DNA from: Rhodanobacteraceae bacterium
GTDB taxonomy: Bacteria; Pseudomonadota; Gammaproteobacteria; Xanthomonadales; Rhodanobacteraceae
NCBI GenBank assembly: GCA_036279455.1
Contig: DASUJD010000058.1
Span: 3,548 to 67,547 of the forward strand
Direction of reading: 5' to 3'
DNA: 64,000 bases
Of this stretch, positions 57,362 through 64,000 are shown piece by piece; positions within the stretch are counted from its first letter, which is position 1, and every line of letters begins with the position of its first letter. The notes below the pieces were generated by a model, which was given only the letters and a program-made list of their open reading frames with translations, had not been told where the DNA came from and did no database searches. Made by a program: the position numbers and the translations under genes.

Positions 57362-58807
57362 GTGATCTCCTTCCATGACCTCTACGTGTTGCTGCCCGAG
57401 TTGTACCTGACGGCCGCGGCGTGCCTGGTATTGCTGTTCGATGTATTCCTCGATGACCGGCACCGCGACCTGACCCATTGGGTGGCGATCATCGTGATGC
57501 TGGTCGCGATCTTCCTCGTGATCCACGGCCAGCCACCGCAAACCGCCCACGCGTTCGGCGGCATGTTCGTGCGCGACCGCATGGCGGAGATACTCAAGGT
57601 CACGGTGTTGATTGCCACCATCCTGATGTTCGTGATGGCGCGGCCCTGGCTCAAGGACCGCAAGCTCTTCATCGGAGAGTTTTACTCGTTGTCGATGTTC
57701 TCGGTGCTGGGCGTGATGTTGCTGGTGTCCGCCGGAAGCCTGATCACCGTTTACCTCGGACTCGAGCTTTTTTCATTGCCCGCGTTTGCGCTGGTTGCGT
57801 TGAACCGCGAATCAAAGCTCTCGTCGGAAGCCGCGATCAAGTTCTTCGTGCTCGGCGCATTGGCGTCCGGGCTGCTGCTGTTCGGCATGTCGCTGATCTA
57901 CGGCGCCACCGGCACGCTCGACCTGCACAGGATTTTCGCCTCAGTCGGTACCACCACGCACCTGCACCTGTTGCAGTTCGGGCTGGTGTTTCTGGTGGTC
58001 GGGATCGGCTTCGAATTCGGCGCGGTGCCGTTCCACATGTGGCTTCCCGATGTGTACGAGGGCGCGCCCACGCCGATCGCGATGTATATCAGCGCGGTGC
58101 CGAAACTGGCCGCGATCGGGCTGGCTTATCGACTGCTGCAAGTGGGCCTGGGGCCGCTCGCGCATGACTGGCGGATGATGCTGGCGATCATGGCCGCACT
58201 GTCGCTTCTTGTCGGCAACGTGGTCGCGATCGCGCAATCCAACTTCAAGCGCATGCTCGCGTATTCCACCATCTCGCACATGGGTTTCGTGTTCCTCGCG
58301 CTTTCCAATCCGAGCCCCGAAGGCTATTCGGCTGCATTGTTCTATGCGGTATGTTTCGCGCTGATGGAAACCGTGGCCTTCGGCGTGATCCTGGCGCTGG
58401 CGCGCAAGGGCTTCGAGTGCGAGATGATCGACGACCTGAAGGGGCTCAACCGGCGTTCACCGTGGTTCGCCGGCATGATGGCGATCGCGATGTTCTCGCT
58501 GGCCGGCATCCCGCCGCTGTGGGGCTTCGCCGCCAAGGTGCTGGTGCTGAAAGCCGCGATCGACGGCGGCATGCTGTGGCTGGCCATTGTCGCGATCGTC
58601 TGCGCGATCATCGGCCTGTTCTACTACCTGCGCGTGGTCTGGGTGATGTATTTCAGCGAGCCGGTCGAGGGTGCGGAGCCGCTTGCGCCCAAGCCGGACC
58701 TTGCATTGCGCTGGTTGCTGTCGATCAACGCGCTGGGCCTGATCGCGATGATCGGGTTTTCGGGTGTGTTGTACGCATGGTGCCAGGCGGCCTTCGGCCA
58801 TTTTTGA
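57362..58807 (+). CDS. nuoN: NADH-quinone oxidoreductase subunit N
   Basis: 481 aa, last gene of the operon. ...FHMWLPDVYEGAPTPI.... Confidence 0.95.
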   Translation: MISFHDLYVLLPELYLTAAACLVLLFDVFLDDRHRDLTHWVAIIVMLVAIFLVIHGQPPQTAHAFGGMFVRDRMAEILKVTVLIATILMFVMARPWLKDRKLFIGEFYSLSMFSVLGVMLLVSAGSLITVYLGLELFSLPAFALVALNRESKLSSEAAIKFFVLGALASGLLLFGMSLIYGATGTLDLHRIFASVGTTTHLHLLQFGLVFLVVGIGFEFGAVPFHMWLPDVYEGAPTPIAMYISAVPKLAAIGLAYRLLQVGLGPLAHDWRMMLAIMAALSLLVGNVVAIAQSNFKRMLAYSTISHMGFVFLALSNPSPEGYSAALFYAVCFALMETVAFGVILALARKGFECEMIDDLKGLNRRSPWFAGMMAIAMFSLAGIPPLWGFAAKVLVLKAAIDGGMLWLAIVAIVCAIIGLFYYLRVVWVMYFSEPVEGAEPLAPKPDLALRWLLSINALGLIAMIGFSGVLYAWCQAAFGHF

Positions 58808-58845
58808 GCGGTCGTCCCTGATCGCCCGCATGATTGCGTGCCTGT

Positions 58846-61800
58846 CTATCGGCCTTCTTCGGCCCACGTATCGGCCAGTAATTCCGCCTGTTCGATGACC
58901 TTCTCGGTGGCCTCGGGTTGCTTGTCCGGCGGGTATTTGTACTTGGCCAGCAGCACCTTGATCATCGCCATCATGCGCGCGCGCGAATCCTTGCGGTTCT
59001 GCCAGTTGATGGTGGCCGAGCGGCGCAGCTTGTCGGTGAGTTCCTGCGCCAGCGCGCGCAGCACCGGGTGGCCCATTTCGCGCACCGCCGATTCGTTCCT
59101 GCTCAGGGCCAGGTAGAACGCGAACTCTTCGTCACTCATGCCGTCGGGCGGACGCGCGGCATTGATTTCCTGCGCCAGCTTGATCAGTTCCTCGATCACC
59201 TGCGCCGTGGTCAGGCCGCGGTTCCGGTATTTCGCGATGGCTTCTTCGAGCTTCTGCGTGAACTCCTTGCCCTGGATCGCGTTCTTGCGGCCGCGTGACT
59301 TGATCTGGTCGGCCAGCAATCGCTCCAGCAGCTCGGCGGCGAGATTCCGGGTCGGCATCTCGCGAATCTGTTTCAGGAAATGCTCGTCCAGCAGCGAGAT
59401 GTCCGGTTTGCCCAGGCCCAGCGTGGCAAAGATGTCGTTGACGCCTTCGACCAGCACGCCCTTGGCCACCAGTTGGCGCAGCGCCGCTTCTTTCTCGAGC
59501 CGCGAGCGCCCGCTGCCGGCGCGGGTCAGCTTGATCAGCGACACGCGCACGGCCTGGAAGAACGCGATCTCCTCGCGCACCGACATGGCTTTCGGCTGCG
59601 TGCCGGCCAGCGCCTGCGCGGTGGTCAATTTGGCGACCTGATCCAGGTAGCTGCGCACGCCGAGGTTGCGGCCCTTGTCGTCGAGCTCGGGATTGACCTG
59701 CAGGATGTGCTCCATCGCCGGGCCCAGCAGCGCCAGCGCTTTCTTCGGATTGCCGAAACCTGCGTAGTCGAAGCCGTGGAAGAATTCCTTGCGGATCACG
59801 TCCAGCGTGTCCAGCAACACCTGCAATGCCGCGCCGGAAGTATCCACCGGCTCGCGTTCGGCGCCGGCATCCTTCGTGTACTGCTTGATGGCCTTCTTCA
59901 ATTCCTCGCCGATGCCGATGTAGTCGACGATCAGGCCGCCGGGCTTGTCCTTCCAGATGCGGTTGGTGCGCGCGATGGCCTGCATCAGCCCGTGGCCCTG
60001 CATCGGCTTGTCCACGTACAGCGTATGCACCGGTGGCGCGTCGAAACCGGTCAGCCACATGTCACGCACGATCACGACTTGCAGCGGATCGTCGGGGTCC
60101 TTGAAACGCTTCTCCAGCAACTTGCGCTGCGCCTTGTCGGTGCGGTGCGGCTGGAAATGCGCCGGGTCAGCCGAACTGCCGGTCATCACGATCTTGATTC
60201 GGCCTGCGTTGATGTCGTCGCTGTGCCAGTCCGGCCGCAATTTCACGATGGCGTCGTACAGGCGGATCGCCGCCTCGCGCGAAATCGCCACGATCATCGC
60301 CTTGCCCGCCACCGATTCGGTGCGCGCTTCCCAATGCGCCACCAGGTCGGCGGCCAGCGCGTCCAGCCGGCCCTCGGCCATCGCCAGCGCCTCCAGCCGG
60401 GTCAGCCGGCTTACGGTGCGATCCTGCTGGGTTTCGTCCTCGTCGTCGGTGACTTCCAGGAACTCATCCATCAGGGCCTGCTTCTCGGCCTCGTTGAAGC
60501 GCAGCTCGATGATGCGCGACTCGTAGCTGACCGGCACCACCGCGTGGTCGTCCTGCGCGGCGATCATGTCGTACACGTCGACATAGGTGCCGAACACCGC
60601 CTCGGTGTCGCGATCGTCCAGGCTCACCGGCGTGCCGGTCATGCCGAGATAGATTGCGTTCGGCAGCGCATCGCGCATGTACTTGGCCAGGCCGTAGCGG
60701 GTCTTGCCGGATTGCGTATCCAGGTCCGCCTTGAAACCGTACTGCGTGCGATGCGCCTCGTCGGCGATCACGAGGACGTTGGAACGCTCGCACAGCACCG
60801 GCGCCGTGGCCTGGCCCGGGTCCGGCGCGAACTTGTTGATGGTGGTGAAGATGATGCCGCCGGCCTGCACCTGCGAAAGCCTGTCGCGCAAGTCGTCGCG
60901 GCTTTGCGCCTGCTGCGGCGTGCCGCGCAGCGACCACGCGCAATCGGCGAACGTCTCGTACAACTGGCCGTCCAGGTCGTTGCGGTCGGTCACCAGCACC
61001 ACGGTCGGGTTGCGGAACGCCGGATGGTCGCGCAGCGCCATCACGTAGAACAGCGCCAGCAGCGACTTGCCCGAGCCCTGGGTGAACCAGATCACGCCGC
61101 CCTTGCCGTCCTTCTTGTGCAGCAAGGCATCGACGGCGCGCGCCACCGCCTTCTGCACGCCGTGGTACTGGTGCCACTGCGCGATGATCTTGAAACTGGC
61201 GCCGCCATCGGCGCCGCCGAACGCGACGAAGCTGCGGAACAACGTCAGCAGCGTGCGCGGTTCGAACAGGCCCAGCATCAGCACGTCCAGTTCCAGCCGT
61301 CCCTTCGCCACCTTCTCGCCGCCCAGCAGGCGCCAGCGCGAATAGCGCCCGAACTCCGCCGTCAGCGAACCGTAGCGCGCCACCGTGCCGTCGGAAATCA
61401 CGTTCAGCAGGTTGAACCAGAACAGTTGCGGGATATCCGCCTTGTAGGTCTGGATCTGGTTCCACGCCGCCTCGATGTCGGCGTTGAGATCGGCCGGATT
61501 CTTCAGCTCGATTACCACCAGCGGCAGGCCGTTGACGAACAGCACCATGTCCGGCCGGCGCACCTTCAATCCGTGCACGGTGAACTGTTGCACCGCCAGC
61601 AGATCGTTCGCACCGTCGAAGTCGATCACCCGCACGCGCAGCACCGTGCGCCGGCCATCGGGTTCGATGCGCTGCACCGGCACGCCATTGCGCAGCCAGT
61701 CGTAAACCTCCTTGTTGCCGTCCACCAGCGACTGCGCGCCGTAGCCGGCCAGCTTGTCCACCGCCTCGTCGATTTCCGACGCCGCCAGCCCGGGGTTCAG

Positions 61801-61962
61801 CCGTTGCACTGCCTCGCGCAATCGCGGCGCCAGCACCACGTCCGAATATCGGGCGCGGGCGCCTTGCGCTCCGCCCGGCGACACATCATCGCCGTGCACG
61901 CAGGTCCAGCCCAATTCACGCAGCCAGTCCAGGCAGGCGGATTCGAGGTGGTCTTCCTTCAA
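58846..61962 (-). CDS. hsdR: Type I restriction enzyme R subunit (HsdR), apparently intact, TTG start
   Basis: 1038 aa. N-terminal PD-(D/E)xK nuclease (...RPDMVLFVNGLPLVVIELK...), SF2 helicase motifs (QGSGKS, DEAH in VIADEAHRTQ), long C-terminal helical domain. Confidence 0.9.
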   Translation of the reverse strand: MKEDHLESACLDWLRELGWTCVHGDDVSPGGAQGARARYSDVVLAPRLREAVQRLNPGLAASEIDEAVDKLAGYGAQSLVDGNKEVYDWLRNGVPVQRIEPDGRRTVLRVRVIDFDGANDLLAVQQFTVHGLKVRRPDMVLFVNGLPLVVIELKNPADLNADIEAAWNQIQTYKADIPQLFWFNLLNVISDGTVARYGSLTAEFGRYSRWRLLGGEKVAKGRLELDVLMLGLFEPRTLLTLFRSFVAFGGADGGASFKIIAQWHQYHGVQKAVARAVDALLHKKDGKGGVIWFTQGSGKSLLALFYVMALRDHPAFRNPTVVLVTDRNDLDGQLYETFADCAWSLRGTPQQAQSRDDLRDRLSQVQAGGIIFTTINKFAPDPGQATAPVLCERSNVLVIADEAHRTQYGFKADLDTQSGKTRYGLAKYMRDALPNAIYLGMTGTPVSLDDRDTEAVFGTYVDVYDMIAAQDDHAVVPVSYESRIIELRFNEAEKQALMDEFLEVTDDEDETQQDRTVSRLTRLEALAMAEGRLDALAADLVAHWEARTESVAGKAMIVAISREAAIRLYDAIVKLRPDWHSDDINAGRIKIVMTGSSADPAHFQPHRTDKAQRKLLEKRFKDPDDPLQVVIVRDMWLTGFDAPPVHTLYVDKPMQGHGLMQAIARTNRIWKDKPGGLIVDYIGIGEELKKAIKQYTKDAGAEREPVDTSGAALQVLLDTLDVIRKEFFHGFDYAGFGNPKKALALLGPAMEHILQVNPELDDKGRNLGVRSYLDQVAKLTTAQALAGTQPKAMSVREEIAFFQAVRVSLIKLTRAGSGRSRLEKEAALRQLVAKGVLVEGVNDIFATLGLGKPDISLLDEHFLKQIREMPTRNLAAELLERLLADQIKSRGRKNAIQGKEFTQKLEEAIAKYRNRGLTTAQVIEELIKLAQEINAARPPDGMSDEEFAFYLALSRNESAVREMGHPVLRALAQELTDKLRRSATINWQNRKDSRARMMAMIKVLLAKYKYPPDKQPEATEKVIEQAELLADTWAEEGR

Positions 61963-62202
61963 GCTTGCCCCCTGTGGCGCCCCCGACCGGTTGTCCGGCC
62001 ACCGCCCGAGTTTACCGGCATGGCGGAATGCTCACCCAAAGTGACCGTTTCCGACGTTGGATAAACTGCTTGGCGCTGAGGTTCGGCTGCCGCCTAAACC
62101 GTTCTCCCATCGGGAGGAGGGGCAATTCGGCGGCCGCCGCGCTGAAGCCCCCGCTTTTGCTGACTCGCTTGCAGGAAAAGTAACTTGAGGGTTTTTGGCG
62201 TG

Positions 62203-62351
62203 ATGTCGACAAAATGGCGTTTTTGTGGACATGTGCATGGAACATGTCGATTTTGTCCTTACGTCCCCTGTAAATGTCGATTAATGCATTGCAAATCGAC
62301 ATATATTACTGTAATGTCGATACAATCAATGTATTCTTCGAACCTGTCGAT
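62203..62351. promoter_or_regulatory. Phased array of six ATGTCGAT boxes (five direct, one inverted) in an AT-rich hsdR-fic spacer; candidate operator/iteron set
   Basis: Boxes at 62203 (ATGTCGAC), 62244, 62274, 62295 (inverted ATCGACAT), 62314 and 62344 (CTGTCGAT). Direct-copy spacings are 41/30/40/30 bp. Confidence 0.6.
62289..62317 (+). promoter_or_regulatory. Candidate sigma-70 promoter for fic: TTGCAA - 17 nt - TAATGT
   Basis: Hexamers read by eye. Boxes 4 and 5 of the array overlap the spacer and the -10 hexamer. Confidence 0.35.
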
Positions 62352-62370
62352 TCCGCCGCCCTGACGACTC

Positions 62371-63501
62371 ATGAGCTTTGATCCACGCAGACCCTGGAAC
62401 GACCTGCCCGATCTGCCGCCCGCGGCCGATATCGAGAGCAAGCCCTTGCTGAAGGCCTGCATTGAGGCCCGCGCAGCCTTGGCCGAGTTGAAAAGCGCCG
62501 GCGACCTGATCCCCAACCAAGCCGTGCTCATCAACACCATCCCGCTGCTGGAAGCCCAAGCCAGCAGCGAGATCGAGAACATCGTAACTACCAGCGACGA
62601 GCTGTTCCGCTTTGCCCAACTGGAAAGCCAGGCCGTCGATCCGGCCACCAAAGAGGCGCTGCGCTACCGCAGCGCGCTGGCCGACGGTTATGCCTCGCTG
62701 CGCCAGCGACCGCTGGGCACCAACACTGCGGTCACAGTCTGCAGCCGCCTGAAGAATGCCGACATGCAGGTGCGGCGCACGCCCGGCACCGCGCTGGCGC
62801 ATGCCGGCAGTGGCGCCGTGATCTACACCCCACCCGAAGGCGAGGCGCTGCTGCGCGACAAACTGGCCAACTGGGAGCGCTTCGTCCACGACCAGACCGA
62901 CATCGACCCGCTGATCCGCATGGCCGTGGCGCATTACCAGTTCGAGGCGATCCATCCCTTCAGCGATGGCAACGGCCGCACCGGTCGCGTGCTCAACCTG
63001 CTGTTGCTGGTGGAGCAGGGCCTGCTGGACATGCCGGTGCTGTACCTGTCGCGCTACATCCTGCGTCATCGTGCCGACTACTACGGCGGCCTGCTGGCGG
63101 TCACCACCGATGCCGCTTGGGAAGCCTGGGTCGGCTTCATGCTGGCCGCCATTACCGACACGGCTCGCTGGACCACCGCCAAGATCCAGGCCATCCAGCA
63201 GTTGCATGCCAATGCGCTGGTCTTCGTCAAGGCACGCGCGCCCGGCATTTATTCGCGCGAGCTGGTCGACATGCTGTTCGTGCAGCCGTACTGCCGCATC
63301 CAGAATTTGATCGAGGCCGGCATCGCCAAGCGCCAGACCGCATCGGTATATCTCAAGCAACTGGCTGCGCTGGGCATGCTCAGCGAAAACAAGGTCGGCC
63401 GCGAGAAAGTATTCATCCACCCCAACTTCGTCCGCCTGCTCACCAGCGACGACCATCCCGTGCTGGCTTACGGCAGCACCGCCGTCGCCGGCACCAGGTG
63501 A
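62371..63501 (+). CDS. Fic-family protein (class II-like: N-terminal inhibitory motif, Fic core, C-terminal winged-helix-like domain)
   Basis: 376 aa. Fic motif HPFSDGNGRTGR. Upstream S-S-E-I-E-N fits [ST]xxxE[GN]. The C-terminal ...QTASVYLKQLAALGMLSENKVGREKVF... looks like a wHTH. Confidence 0.85.
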   Translation: MSFDPRRPWNDLPDLPPAADIESKPLLKACIEARAALAELKSAGDLIPNQAVLINTIPLLEAQASSEIENIVTTSDELFRFAQLESQAVDPATKEALRYRSALADGYASLRQRPLGTNTAVTVCSRLKNADMQVRRTPGTALAHAGSGAVIYTPPEGEALLRDKLANWERFVHDQTDIDPLIRMAVAHYQFEAIHPFSDGNGRTGRVLNLLLLVEQGLLDMPVLYLSRYILRHRADYYGGLLAVTTDAAWEAWVGFMLAAITDTARWTTAKIQAIQQLHANALVFVKARAPGIYSRELVDMLFVQPYCRIQNLIEAGIAKRQTASVYLKQLAALGMLSENKVGREKVFIHPNFVRLLTSDDHPVLAYGSTAVAGTR

Positions 63502-63579
63502 TCGACGACGCATGTTCCCGCTTGGCGTGGTCGTCCCAAAAGTGCACTCTGACCCGGGTTTCTAAGCATTCGCTCTTCT

Positions 63580-63602
63580 TCCCCCTTCCGAAGGAAGGGG
63601 GA
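63580..63602. terminator. Perfect 10-bp hairpin TCCCCCTTCC-GAA-GGAAGGGGGA downstream of fic (no clear U-tract)
   Basis: Read directly, 79 nt after the fic stop. Confidence 0.4.
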
Positions 63603-63721
63603 TCGAGGGGGATGGCTTTTCGACCAATGGAAGGGCGCACCGAAGCGAACGCGCGCCAAGCGCGATGAGCGGATGACTTTGGCGTACTAGGATGATCCGG
63701 GTCACCGTGACGCAAGGAAAC

Positions 63722-64000
63722 ATGCAAATGACGAAGCTGGCCATCGCCGTCCTTGTCATGGCGCTGCTGACGGGCGCCGCACACGCGCAGACCAACGCCG
63801 GCGAACAGAAAGCCGATCCCAACCTTCCCTTCAACATCACGAAGGTGGCCAGCTTCGATCTGCCCTGGCGCATCGCGTTCCTCCCCGACGGCCGCATGCT
63901 GGTGACCGAGAAGGTCGGCCGCGTCGACCTAGTCACCCCGCAGGGTGCCAAGACCGAACTCGGCGGCGTCCCGCCCAGCTACTACGAAGGCCAGAACGGC
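63722..64000 (+). CDS. PQQ-dependent (soluble) sugar dehydrogenase family protein, N-terminal fragment (continues beyond the window)
   Basis: My own translation: MQMTKLAIAVLVMALLTGAAHAQ... (signal peptide), then ...ASFDLPWRIAFLPDGRMLVTEKVGRVDLV..., typical of the YliI/sorbosone dehydrogenase beta-propeller family. Confidence 0.7.
   Translation, partial: MQMTKLAIAVLVMALLTGAAHAQTNAGEQKADPNLPFNITKVASFDLPWRIAFLPDGRMLVTEKVGRVDLVTPQGAKTELGGVPPSYYEGQNG

Noticed and set aside
62012-62302. 96-aa minus-strand ORF inside the hsdR-fic spacer, considered as a possible small regulator or hsdS remnant
   Set aside because: There is no Shine-Dalgarno before its ATG. Composition switches abruptly mid-ORF from the AT-rich box array to GC-rich spacer, and there is no similarity to HsdS, HsdM or HTH proteins by eye. 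It is kept only as a low-probability possibility.
63580-63602. 10-bp perfect hairpin after fic, considered as a confident rho-independent terminator
   Set aside because: There is no U-tract on either strand. It is kept as a low-confidence terminator-like structure only.

Overview
High-GC (roughly 65%) gammaproteobacterial chromosome segment. The gene order looks Xanthomonadales/Lysobacterales-like; that is an inference from synteny, not a search result. Almost all of it is core housekeeping. In order: mutL 3' end, a MarR-OMF-EmrA-EmrB-EmrB efflux locus, and the rpoN neighbourhood on the minus strand (kdsD-kdsC-lptC-lptA-lptB-rpoN-hpf-[gap]-hprK-rapZ-EIIA(Man)-HPr-EI). These are followed by ibaG-murA, a large GAF/GGDEF/EAL protein, purM-purN, hda, cysD-cysNC, tpiA-secG-tRNA-Leu, and a complete 14-gene nuoA-N operon. 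The window ends with a small accessory patch: an orphan type I restriction R subunit (hsdR) and a divergent Fic protein, then a partial PQQ-type sugar dehydrogenase. I saw no CRISPR array, IS element, integrase or prophage genes, and I cannot point to a clear new multi-gene system. The most unusual content is non-coding. (1) A family of tandem G-rich 7-mers (GGGACCG / GGGACTC) occurs at six sites. Two are inverted arrays bracketing a shared core (nuoF-nuoG and EIIA-HPr spacers), two are single intergenic arrays, and two are in-frame 21-nt blocks inside the essential genes purM and nuoG. (2) Several classes of GTAG-headed REP/BIME-like palindromes sit inside operons. (3) A helically phased array of six ATGTCGAT boxes lies in an AT-rich spacer between hsdR and fic. 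(4) The slot between hpf and hprK, where I recall ptsN sitting in relatives, is 307 bp with no recognisable gene. (5) An intrinsic-terminator-like hairpin lies 18 nt upstream of cysD. All family calls come from reading the translations. No database search was run.
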